From: Lingula anatina
Taxonomy: Eukaryota; Animalia; Brachiopoda
Assembly: GCA_051362555.1 (NCBI GenBank)
Contig: CM120647.1
Location: 1,488,001-1,552,000 of the forward strand
Direction of reading: 5' to 3'
DNA length: 64,000 nt
Each line of letters opens with the position of its first letter. The stretch's first letter is position 1. Shown piece after piece: positions 21,355 to 33,270 of the stretch. The position numbers were made by a program, and so were the translations under genes. Under the pieces are notes generated by a model. It was given only the letters and a program-made list of their open reading frames with translations, was not told the DNA's origin and did not search any database.

Positions 21355-21812
21355 TAAAATATCTGTCCAAATTGCTCTTAGAAGTAAGATATTTTCAGGG
21401 AATTCAGTTATATGTGATGCAATTTTATGCGGAGAAATTATATGCAAAAACGTCAAATGCTTCATCGTGTTGCTGATAAGACCTATATCTTAAACCATAT
21501 AAAATAACTATACAACAACAGAAGTTCAGTGTTTACAATATAAACAAAGGCGCTGGATGGATCCCCAAAAGATTTAATATATTAGCTAAAAATTGCCTAA
21601 CATTTATACAGTTTGTGAAACAAAAGCAACGGACTGTTACTTTGACTGTAAACGTTTACTATGACGAAAATACTTGCTTTTTTATTTTACTTTTTAATTC
21701 AAGTTACGGTGGGAGTACTAGTTACTTAATTAGCGTTACTATGTAGGCCTACTTTACAGAAGTAACCGTCCAAACATTTACGTGGCGAAGAACAGTGTAA
21801 TACAACGTAGTG

Positions 21813-22925
21813 TTACATCCGGGTAGGTAGTAGTTGTGGACGCTGTGCTGTGATTAGTGGACGCAAATTGTGGCCTTCAATCTCAACACCCCTAGCTGGG
21901 GTTTCAGTGTTCAGACGACAACAAAAACACTCTTTGAAAAGTTTCACCAACTCGTCCCGAAATACCTGACCCGACGCAACAAAAAGAAAAAAATTAGTAT
22001 TGTGATTCAGACAACTTATAAGGTACGTTGGTGACGTTGTGTACATGTAGGTGATGTAATCTTCGGTAGTGCCTTCCTTGTTAATCAAAATATCATAGTA
22101 GAAACAACAGATGAGAAAAGGCCAGTTGAGCAAGATGGACGCTGCCACTGTAGTTAACAGTAGAATATTAAATTTGGTGTTTGTGAATCCACTGCTATCA
22201 CCGTGCTGCTGATGACCAGCCAGTTGTCGTCTTACGGAATGGCTCTTCCTAAGTTTATACACAATGGCGACCGTCATCGCTGTAATGGCTATTGTCATTA
22301 CGAACCACATCACAATAGATGCATAGTTGAAAACGACTAAAACATCAAGTGATGGTACTGTAATATCATAAAAAAACACGATATATGGAGAACAAAATAA
22401 TACAGCTAGAGGAATAACAACAACAGAAATCAGCAAAGCCTTTTTTCTCGTCCACAGAGAAGCCGCTTGCAGGGGTTTAAAAATTATTACAAGTCTCTCT
22501 ACGGTTAACACCAATGTGTAGAATATGGAAAGCCATTGGAATATCATTTCTAAAGTCCAAAATACTAACATTTCGTTGACCATTTGACCTGTTCGTTCAT
22601 CAGACGAGATGCATTGAAACGACAGAAACGACAGACGTAACTGATCCGCACCGGCAAGGAACAGGATATAAACGAAGGTGGATTTCTGCCTAAGACTCGG
22701 ACGTCGGAGAATCACCAGGAAGGTGAGGAAGTTACCAACCAGGCCGATGGCTGTCAGGACATGCACAGTGGTACACCAACATGACCTTCCGGAGAACCAG
22801 CAACTCTGCTCAGAATACAGCACGGAACCGTTAACGTCGTCCAAATCGTACCTGCTAATATTTCCTTGGGAGGCGTTGGTGCTGTTAAAAAGTCCAACAT
22901 CATTTTGAAAGTCTACATCAAGCAT
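21813..22925 (-). CDS. Class A GPCR paralog B, 370 aa, intronless CDS
   Basis: Same 7TM motifs as paralog A; ORF intact. Confidence 0.92.
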   Translation of the reverse strand: MLDVDFQNDVGLFNSTNASQGNISRYDLDDVNGSVLYSEQSCWFSGRSCWCTTVHVLTAIGLVGNFLTFLVILRRPSLRQKSTFVYILFLAGADQLRLSFLSFQCISSDERTGQMVNEMLVFWTLEMIFQWLSIFYTLVLTVERLVIIFKPLQAASLWTRKKALLISVVVIPLAVLFCSPYIVFFYDITVPSLDVLVVFNYASIVMWFVMTIAITAMTVAIVYKLRKSHSVRRQLAGHQQHGDSSGFTNTKFNILLLTTVAASILLNWPFLICCFYYDILINKEGTTEDYITYMYTTSPTYLISCLNHNTNFFLFVASGQVFRDELVKLFKECFCCRLNTETPARGVEIEGHNLRPLITAQRPQLLPTRM

Positions 22926-23458
22926 TGTTAATATGTCGCCTTCGAGTTTATTATTTTCCCTTTGGTAGTCACCAATACAGTACTAGCTGTTCAGTAAAAG
23001 ATGATAAACTAAACGCTGCTCTCTACGGGTAATTCACCAATTCTCAGTGTTGGTAAATTGCATATTAAATTGCCTTTAAGTTAATTAATTTCCCCGTGGT
23101 TGTCAACTATAGTAATGTACTTTATATCGGCACTGAGTGGATTTGTCCTATTTGACTGGTGGAGAAGTGTTAAATAAGTAAACATACCCTACCCCAGTGA
23201 GCCTCGTTTCAGGTATTACCTCATAGACCTCATAATATAATGAATCCACCCAGTCAGAGGCTGTATTACTTATACAGTTATGGTGGCTGGTTTATGAGGC
23301 ATTTTAACTTAAACTTTGGTATTTTTATTATCCATTCCATATTTGTATGTATGAATGATTTCAGTATCCAAGCAGACTGAATGACGATCTGCAAGAGTAA
23401 TTGTCCGTAAAACTTCCGTATAACTGAAACAGCAAACATTAATTATTTTAAAACGCCA

Positions 23459-26436
23459 CCTCGTAAAAGGGGCATACCAGCACAAAATAATAGTACGCTT
23501 GTTAAGGGGTCAAACGCTGCATTTTGTAGTACCAATGTCTAACTTGGCATGAAAGTTCCTTGGGCCTAAACATTTTTTTTTATTCAAAGTGATAGCTATA
23601 TCGTATTATTTAGCATAAATTATGCAAATTATCCAAAATATAAAATTTTTCATATTTCCATTAATTTTTGGCCTAAATACAGATCATCAAACTTATAATA
23701 TAACAATAATAATATTTAATGTAATATTTATTGGAAAATCACAACCTGAAGGTTGAAGTTATACAATTATGAAATTTATTTATTTATTTAAATGAAATGA
23801 ATATTCAAGTCAAGGAAGCCTGGTCATTTTTGCACTGGTGCACTCTGTAGACGGTCTCACCTCCCTGGGGAGGATACAGCTCGGCTGCCATATTAGGCGC
23901 TTAGAGCTAATATATCATTTCTGCACTGCCTGACGAGGCCCCTGCTTCAACCCCTTAGTGCTGAGTGCCAAGGGGGGAGAGAGCAGGTACCGTTTATAAA
24001 GGACTATGTCCCCGGTAGGTTTTGAACCCACGTCCTCCCGCTCCGGAGGCGGACACTCTAACCACAAGGCCATCCAGTCGGTTGACTAAATTGGGGACAA
24101 GGAACCCATGTTTGATATAATGGAAGCATTTGGCAGCCATTTTGTGTGTATGAAACGTGTGTTTCATTTTGTATGAAAATGGCTAATTAAAGGTAAAGAA
24201 CACATACTTGATGCTTTGGAGACAATTGTAGCCATTTTGATCCTCACAACCAAGATGGCCGCCGATCACGATTTTGAAATAGGGGTAAGGCATAATTTAC
24301 CAATTTGAAGCTATTGCTCTTACACTTATCATTTCTGGTGTTGTTCTGGTGACAGAGGATAATAAAAAAAAGCATAAGATGTTTAAAGTGAATTCTAAGA
24401 TGAATTTCCATGTAGTTGTCACATGCTGCAGATGTTTTGTGCTTGTTCGTCATTGGAGACAATGAGAAATGTAGTCGTTTTGTGGATTTCTATTGTTAGT
24501 GAGATGACTTGTCTGGCCAAATCGTGGTTAGGGGATCACTGGCACTGTCAACTCGGAAAGGAGACTGTTTCCTGGACACTTTTTGCATAATCCCCCTTGC
24601 CTACCTGCGCATCTGCTACTTTCTAGTTGGCTTTGCAGATTCCTTCTTTTGTGTAAAGATACCACTTTCCTCTGATGTGACTTGTTCCCATGCATTGATG
24701 TTTCTCTGCAAACTGGATTTTAAAATATTGTTTATATCTGTACCTTATAGGACACTGACCAAAGCTCAGTTCTCGCTGGCTGTTGTCTTATTGGCCTACC
24801 AGAACTGATCATGCATGTTTCTTTTTGCTGTGCTGCTGGGTGATTTTGTAGAAAAGATCTGGAGCTATTTCAAAGCAAAGTCCATTTGCTTGTCGCTCAC
24901 GGGCATTTACCAAGTTCCATAACATTATAACACGACACATTTTCACCCTTCAAATCTCCTGGACTATATTTAACACGTTAATGCAAGCCCCAGTGACTGG
25001 GACATAAATGTACATGTGGCTTTTTATTTCACATTGACCAGTAACAGATTAATAATGTAACATCAGTATGCATATATACTTATTAGTTACCTTTAAATTA
25101 TTTAGTATCTTTTAGTGGATGGTCACTTAAGATAAATCTAGTTGATATATTTTAGCGTGTGGTTCGGGAACCATGTTTTGGTAACTTACTCAACGAAACT
25201 CATCTTGGAATTTACTTTACAACCTTATATGACATTTTAATTATCTTCCGTCACCAAATTAGCACCAGAAATTACTTTTGAGTCCCCAGAATAGTACCAA
25301 TTAACCTTTTTTTCAAGGGTACGAACGTCCCAAAGTTCAAAGATTATAAATAACACCAACATGCAGCCAACACTTGGTTTGATCAAAATAATGGCTAACA
25401 ATTTTCCCCATGCAAGCAAAGATGCATTCTTTTGCTTAAAGTCAGCCATTTTGTTTACTGGCACTTGTTTTATAGATCGGGCACAATCCTTTAAATATGT
25501 TAAGAAACATAGTTTTGTACTAATTACACTACTAATTGTACATACAAACTGTAGGCCAATGTGACGATTTAATCCCTAATTAAATTGGAGGTTTATAAAA
25601 GTTTTTTATTTAAATTTTATAAAACAGATGATACACGGTACAAAATATGTATTATATACCAGGAAATAACCAGAAACGACGTATGGCACGCTTATGAAGG
25701 TGTAATAGTTTCAAAATGGTGTATTGTGCAAAATTTCGAAGTGGTTTCCTGTGGCCATCTTGAATTTGAAGGACTAAACGGTGACCAATGGCCTCCATAA
25801 TGGCAAAAAAATGTTTCTAGTTCATAATTTGTTCAGAATCGATACTTTATAACAAAAAAATGCATTGAGATATATTTGAATATGGGTTATCAATACCCAT
25901 GGTTTTGCAGCGTTCACACACATATATCTAGGTAGTAACTTAAAACACCCTCTTGGGCCCTTTAAATCACCTTCTTTCACTAAAACAATATAAAAAATGA
26001 ATTTTGCATCAACAAGGTAGTAGGAATTGATATATATACCGCCTATATGTAGGTCAAACGCTTCAAAAATCAACATAAAATAGCAAAATTATGTCCACTT
26101 TCAAAATGGCGGATGGCGGCCATCTTGGATTTGAGGCACAAAATGGCCGCAAATTGCTTCCATAATATCAAAAATGGGTTCCTTGTCCCTTATTTAGTCA
26201 GCTTTGATCATCTTTACATGTTTTTAGGCCAAAAATTGATGGAAATATGAAAAATTGTACATTTTTGATAATTTGCATAATTTATGCTAATTTATGCATC
26301 GATACAGCGTGTCTCTTTGGATAGAAAAAGGAAAAGGAACATTCATGCCGAGTTAGACATTTGTACTATAAAATGCAGCGTTTCACCCCTTAACAACCCC
26401 ACTATCATTTTGTGTTGGTATGCCCCTTTTACGAGG
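23459..26436. mobile_element. Non-autonomous DNA element with long (>300 bp) TIRs (foldback-like)
   Basis: CCTCGTAAAAGGGGCATACCAGCACAAAAT... at the left end, its reverse complement at 26340-26436. Inverted similarity continues for several hundred bp. No transposase seen; superfamily unassigned. Confidence 0.85.
23790..24082 (-). mobile_element. tRNA-derived SINE with Meta-like and Nin/Deu-like domains
   Basis: Head with A box TGGCCTTGTGGTTAG and B box GGTTCAAAACC; body GGTACCTGCT...TTGGCACTCAGCACTAAGGGG; then GCAGCCGAGCTGTATCCTCCCCAGGGAG. A head-only fragment lies at ~33196-33253. Domain names are from recollection of consensus sequences. Confidence 0.75.
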
Positions 26437-26658
26437 ACATACGATGTTAGTTTCTGGCAGACTTGGACTATAATCATGTGAACAGGGAAGATTAATTTAA
26501 AATACCAATAGACCTAACTGAAGATAAACTTAAAGGCATGGCATGTTATTTAAAGAACAGTTTTAGTAAACGGTGGTCAGTTCTATTCAGGGTTTAGGAG
26601 TCGAATGTACCATAAATTGTTTGTGAAGTCATAACTTTTAACCTTAATCATAGTTGTT

Positions 26659-26690
<32 letters not shown>

Positions 26691-26749
26691 TATTTATTTA
26701 TTATATTTTATTTTATTTATTTATTTTTATATTTTACTTATTTTTTTTA

Positions 26750-26781
<32 letters not shown>

Positions 26782-27665
26782 TTGCATTGTTTCTGAAATA
26801 TGTACAAAATTCCGTGACTTGTAGGCCCATGAGGCCGGGTGATTTGAATATCTATATCACATGTCACGTCAATAAATAAATACTATATACAAGAATTAAG
26901 GTAGAAAGCTTTTACAATAAAACGAAAACCAATTTGTAGTATTGTATTATATCTAAATAGCATAGCTAAAATATTAACCCCAGCAAAATGCAGAACTAAT
27001 GGCAGCTTAGATGGAATCAGCTGGTTTGCTCTTTTTAATGTTGCAGCAGAAACTATATGGGTAGTATTCCCAGGAGCCTTTCATTTATTCAAACTCAAAG
27101 TAAAGGCGAAATAAAAGGATTTCGGCAATCTGGAAACTTTTCTAGCTCGTTTTAAGGAATCGTTCTCTGAGCATAAACTGCTTTTCGTAAGAGTAACACA
27201 TCAGTCCAAATTGCGTTTATACTGTAAGATGTTTTCAGAGAAATCAGTTTTATGTGATGCAATTTTATGTGGAGAAATTATATGCAAAACGTCAAAAGCT
27301 TCATCGTTTTTCTGATAAGACCTTTATCTTATACCATATAAACTAACTATACAATAGCATAAGTTCAGTGTTTACATTATAAACAAAGCCGCTGGATGAT
27401 TTACAAATGATTTAAAAATATATTATCCAAAAACATATCCTAACATTTATACAGTTTGTGAAGCAGAAGCAACGGACTCTTACTTTGACTGTAAACGTTT
27501 ACTGTGATGAAAATACTCGCTTTTTATTTATTTTTTAATTAAAATTACAGTGGGAGAACTAGTTACTTAATTAACGTTACTATGTTCTGTACAGAAGTAA
27601 CCGTCCAAACATTTACATGGCGAAGAACTGAGGAATACAACGTGTTTCATCCGGGTAGTTAGTCA

Positions 27666-28757
27666 TTATGGACGCTGTGCTGTGATTAGTGGACTCAAGT
27701 TGTGGCCATCATTCTCAGCACCCCTAGCTGGAGTTTCAGCGTTCAGACGACAACGAAAACACTCTTTCAAAAGTTTCAGCAACTCGTCCCGAAACACGTG
27801 ACCCGAAGCAACAAAAAGAAAAAAATTAGTATTGTGATTCAGAACAGTTATGAGGTACGTTACTGAACTTGAGTAGCTTTTGGTGAAATAATCTACGGTG
27901 GTGATTTCTTTCTTAAACCAAATTTTGTAGTAGAAAAAACAGATGAGATAAGGCCAGTGGACCAAGATGGATGCTGCCACTGTCGTTAACAGCAGAATAT
28001 TTAATTTGGCGTTTGTCAATCCACTGCTATCACCGTGCTGCTGATGACCAGCCAGTTGTCGTCTTACGGAATGGCTCTTCCTAAGTTTAAACACAATGGC
28101 GACCGTCATCGCTGTAATGGCTATTGTGATTACGAACCACACCACAGTCAATGCATAGTTCAAAATGTCGATAACATGATATAATGATTCATATAATGAT
28201 TCATAACAAAACATGATATATAGAGAACTTAATAATACAACCAGAGGAATAGGAACAACAGATATCAGCAAAGCCTTACGTCTCGTGCACAGAGAAGCCG
28301 CTTGCAGAGGTTTGAAAATTATTACAAGTCTCTCTACGGTTAACACCAATATGTAGCATATGGAAAGCCAATGGCATATCATTTGTAAAATCTCAAATGT
28401 CGTGTCAGATGGTTTTCGGCCTGTTTGTTTATCATACAAGATGCATTGGCACGAAAGGAACGACAGACGTAACTGATCCGCACCGGCAAGGAACAGAATA
28501 TAAATGAAGGTGGATTTCTGTCTAAGACTCGGACGTCGGAGAACCACCAGGAAGGTAAGGAAGTTACCAACCAGGCCGATGGCTGTCAGGACGTACACAG
28601 TGTTACACCAACATTTCTCATACATGAACCAGCACCATTGCTCGGGGGATAGCATAGTATAGTATAAGTCGTCCAAATCGTACCAGCTAATATTTCCTTG
28701 GGAGGCGCTGGTGCTATTAAAAAGTCCAACATCGTTTTGATAGTCTACCTCATGCAT
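27666..28757 (-). CDS. Class A GPCR paralog C, 363 aa, intronless CDS
   Basis: Same 7TM motifs; closest to B; stop codon shortens the tail by 7 aa relative to B. Confidence 0.92.
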   Translation of the reverse strand: MHEVDYQNDVGLFNSTSASQGNISWYDLDDLYYTMLSPEQWCWFMYEKCWCNTVYVLTAIGLVGNFLTFLVVLRRPSLRQKSTFIYILFLAGADQLRLSFLSCQCILYDKQTGRKPSDTTFEILQMICHWLSICYILVLTVERLVIIFKPLQAASLCTRRKALLISVVPIPLVVLLSSLYIMFCYESLYESLYHVIDILNYALTVVWFVITIAITAMTVAIVFKLRKSHSVRRQLAGHQQHGDSSGLTNAKLNILLLTTVAASILVHWPYLICFFYYKIWFKKEITTVDYFTKSYSSSVTYLITVLNHNTNFFLFVASGHVFRDELLKLLKECFRCRLNAETPARGAENDGHNLSPLITAQRP

Positions 28758-29110
28758 TGTTATTATGTCGCCTATCAGTTTATTTTCTTACCGTTGGTGA
28801 CTAGTCAGCAATACAGTACTAGCTGTTCAGGAAAAGATGACAAACTAAACGCAGCTCACTACCGGTATAGTACGAGTACATGTAATTCATCAATCGTCAG
28901 TGTTGGTAAAATGCACAATAAATTGCCTTTAGGTTAATCCTCTTCCCCTTCAACATAGTAATGTACCTAATATCGGCACTGAGTGGATTTGTCCTATTTG
29001 ATTGGTGGAGAAGTCTTGAATAATTTTGCGTAAAACTTCCTAATGACTGACAACAAGAAACATCTATTTTTCAAAATGTCATCTTTTTGAAATGACACAA
29101 CTGATGGATG

Positions 29111-32100
29111 CTAGCTCGAGGTTGTTTTCTGTTAGGCCTACCTTGCACAGTTATTTTACTCTAACTGGAAAAAGAAACAAGGAAAAACTTTCAAAAGGTA
29201 TTCTCTTTGAAATGATAAAACTGACGGGAGTTAAGCAAAACGATCAATCGAGCCTTCACTTACCACGCACAAGATCTTTTCAATTTGTATTAAAATAAAT
29301 GGATTAATATTTCCTAACTGCCATGTAAGCTTTTCTGTTTATGACATCAATCGTTCCAAACTGTCATAATAGAACTATATATGTACTACTGGTAACAAAA
29401 AGGGTATTTCGCATAAAACGTATACTGTGAAATCTTTCAGTGACTGGGTTTTAAGTCAGGCCGATCCTCTTTATTGCCGTACGTATAAGTGTAAGCCGGA
29501 TGGTTACTTATGTCTGAGTGAGTTGCAATACAGAACGACTTCTTTTGTAGCTCATGTAGATTTTTATTCACCGACGGGCTACAAGCTGGCACGCAGGCAG
29601 GGACTGTCACGACGATCTCCCGGGGTCTCTTTCTCACTAACTGAGAAGCCCTCATTTTATAGAGAATCGTTCTAAGTCCTGCGTGCCCAATAACTATTAC
29701 TAAATGTGTGTAATTTATAGGAATAATAAAGGAACTAAATGTAACAAACAAGGTTAATAGGAAGTATGATAAAACTAAATGCAGGGACTATATTACTTGT
29801 TATAGTAGCCCTGAACACGGATATGTTCTCCGGGTAGGAAGGTAACATAACACTCGGACCTGGGATTGGCCTCAACTGAAATTTTCCCAGGTGTAGTGAC
29901 TGTTTTTGGTGGTAGAGATCAAAAGAGCGAGATGACTTAAATGAGGCTCAGGGAAATTCTTCAATTTTAGAGTTGTCACCTATTTCTGACATCTGAAAGG
30001 GGTGTAACTTCAATTAACTAAATTAATTACTTTACCGGGATTTTTGTTTCTAATTTTGATTCTCTTCCGCGATTGTGAATTTAAAGACAGATACAAATTG
30101 TAAAACACACCCATGTAATAAACTCTTTGTTTTAGCAAAAAAATGAATTTTCCTGGAGTAAACAGCAATTTCCCCATACTTACCAATGGTTATTGAATTC
30201 ATATATAACATTCAAAGTTACTCCCTGTTTTTTTTTTTTTTTTTTTTTTTTTTTTTCTAAAAACCTTTTTTCTATGAGTTGTTCACAATGTTTTTATTGT
30301 GAAATATAGATTTCATACGAAGAGTCATCACTTTAATATTCATTTGACCGGGTAATCAACCATCAACGGGAATCTCTAATGTTTATGCTAAGCCCCCGGG
30401 CCGAATCTGATGGGGGGAGCCCTCTTAATTCAGGTCAGCTCATCCTACCTGTAGATCAGTGCGACCTGTTTTTAAAAAGACCGGGATATCGGTGTCTAAA
30501 CCATCAGCCCCATCCTCCTCCCTGGAGGAAGGTGTGAAGGGTGGCTGGACAGCCTGGTGAACAAAATTTGTAAAAAAACATCTCTCTAAGAGCGGATAAC
30601 CTCGCTAGATAGAGCCTACGGCCATCATCTCACGGGTTAATCAGCCAAGAAAACCATCTTATCAAGCTCTTCATTCCAGTAGTGCACATTTGGTCGTATA
30701 GTATTCTTTCAAAACTAATGTTATAACTGAAACAGCAAACATCAATTTTTCAAGACGTCATCTCTTTGAAATGATAAAACTGGTGGAGGCTAGGTAAATC
30801 AATCAAACCTTCACTTACCACACACAAGAGATCCTTTCAAATTGTATTAATATTAATGGATTAATATTTCCTGAGTGCTATATCTGATTTTCTGTCAACT
30901 GCATCAATTTACCTTTCTTTTTAAAAACTCAGGAAGCCGTTTCAAATTGTGTTAATAGTGACAAAAAGGGCATTTCGAATTAATCGAACACTGAAACCTT
31001 GTCGGCAATTACTGTATTAACTCTATAGATTTTTAAAACTTTATCTTGCTGGGGGAACTGTTCACTTAGTTCGAGGTTGTTTTCTGTTAGGCCTACCTTG
31101 CACAGTTTATTTTACTCTAACTGAGAAAAATAAAAACAAGGAAAAAAATCTGTCAAAAGTGAAAACAGCGAACATCAAACCTTTCAAAAGGTAATCTCTT
31201 TGAAATCATAAAATTGACGGCAGTTAAGCAAATCAATCAATCATACATTCACGCACAAGAGATCTTTTCAAATTTTATTAAAATAAATGGATAAATATTT
31301 CCTATGTGCCGTGTAAGCTTTTCTGTCTGTGACATCAATCGTTCCAAACTGTCACAATAGAACTATATATGTACTACTGGTAACAAAAAGGGCATTTCGC
31401 ATTAAACGTATACTGTGAAATCTTTCAGTGACTGGGTATTAAGTCAGGCCGATCCTCTTTATTGCCGTACGTATAAGTATAACCCGGATGGTTACTTATG
31501 TCTGAGTGAGTTGCAATACAGAAAGACTTCAGTTGTAGCTCATGTAGATTTTTTTCACCGACGGGCTACAAGCTGGCACGCAGGCATGGACTGTCACGAC
31601 GATCTCCCGGGGTCTCTCTCTCACTAACTGAAAAGCCCTCATTTTATAGAGAATCGTTCTAAGTCCTGCGTGCCCAATAACTTTTACTAAATGTGTGTAA
31701 TTTATAGGAATAATAAAGGAACTAAATGTAACAAACAAGGTTAATAGGAAGTATGATAAAACTAAATGCAGGGACTATATTACTTGTTATAGTAGCCCTG
31801 AACACGGATATGTTCTCCGGGTAGGAATGTAACATAACACTTGGACCTGGCATTGGCCTCAACTGAAATTTTCCCAGGTGTAGTGACTGTTTTGGGTTGT
31901 AGAGATCAAAAGAGCGAAATGACTTAAATGAGGCTCAGGGAATTTTTACAATTTTAGAGTTGTCACCGGTTTCCTATTTCTGACATCTCAGAGGGGTGTA
32001 ACTTCAATTAACTAAATAAATTACTTTACCGGGATTTTTGTTTCTAATTTTGATTCTCTTCCATGATGGTGAATTTAAAGACAGATACAAATTGTAAAAC

Positions 32101-32219
32101 ACACCCATGTTATAAACTCTTTGTTTTGGCCAAAAAAATTAATTTTCCTGGAGTAAACAGCAATTTCCCCATACTTACCAATGGTTAATGAATCCATATA
32201 TAACATTCAAAGTTAGTCC

Positions 32220-32251
<32 letters not shown>

Positions 32252-32864
32252 CTAAAAACTTTTTTCTATGAGTTGTTCACAATGTTTTTATTGTGAAATA
32301 TAGATTTCATACGAAGAGTTATCACTTAAATATTCATTTGACCGGGTAATTATGCCATCAATGGGAATCTCTAATGTTTATGCTAAGCCTCCGGGCCGAA
32401 TCTGAATGGGGGAGCGATCTTAATTCAGGTCAGCTCATCCTACCTGCTAACCGTACCCTGTAGACCAGTGCAACATGTTTTTTAAAAGACCGGGATATCG
32501 GCGTCTAAATCATCAGCCCCATCCTCCTCCCTGGAGGAAGGTGTGAAGGGTGGCTGGACAGCCTGATGAACAAAATTTTAAAAAACATCTCCCTAAGGAC
32601 GGATAACCTCGCTAGATAGAGCCTACGGCCATCACCTCACGGGTAAATCAGCCAACAAAACCATCTCATCAAGCTCTTTATTCCAGTAATGCACATTTGG
32701 TCGTATAGTATTCTTCCAAAACTAATGTTTACCACAAAAATAACTTAAACGTGTATTTAGTGCTAGTTTGTTGAAGTGGGGAGACTGGTTTATAAGAAAT
32801 TTACATTTTATGTTCGGGGTTTTTTCCTATCCTTTCTGTGTCTGATAATTATACCTATGAATGA

Positions 32865-32898
<34 letters not shown>

Positions 32899-33140
32899 CA
32901 ATGTATCCAAGCCGACTAGATGGCGATTTGCACTAGTAATAGTGCATAAAACTTCCTTATAACTGACACAGCAAACATCAACTTTTCAAAACGCCATCTC
33001 TTTGCAATGATAAAACTGATGGAAGCTAGGTAAATCAATCAAACCTTCACTTACCACACACAAGAGATCCTTTCAAATTGTATTAATATTAATGGATTAA
33101 TATTTCCTAAGTGCTGTATCAGCTTTTCTGTCAACTGCAT
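29111..33140 (+). repeat. ~2-kb tandem duplication upstream of GPCR C (29111-31066 and 31067-~33140)
   Basis: Colinear high identity; both units start (C/T)TAG(C/T)TCGAGGTTGTTTTCTGTTAGGCC. Confidence 0.9.
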
Positions 33141-33270
33141 CTACCTATTAAAATCAGGATTTGCGCTAGTAATAGTGCATAAAACTTCCTTATGGACGGG
33201 TGTGAACCCACGTCCTCCCGCTCCGGAGGCGGACATTCTAACCACAAGGCCATATAGTGTAAAATCTTTG

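Noticed and set aside
29427-29751. Duplicated small ORFs (also 31415-31738)
   Set aside because: Non-ATG starts, frame not preserved between copies, and they overlap a TIR remnant in the tandem duplication.
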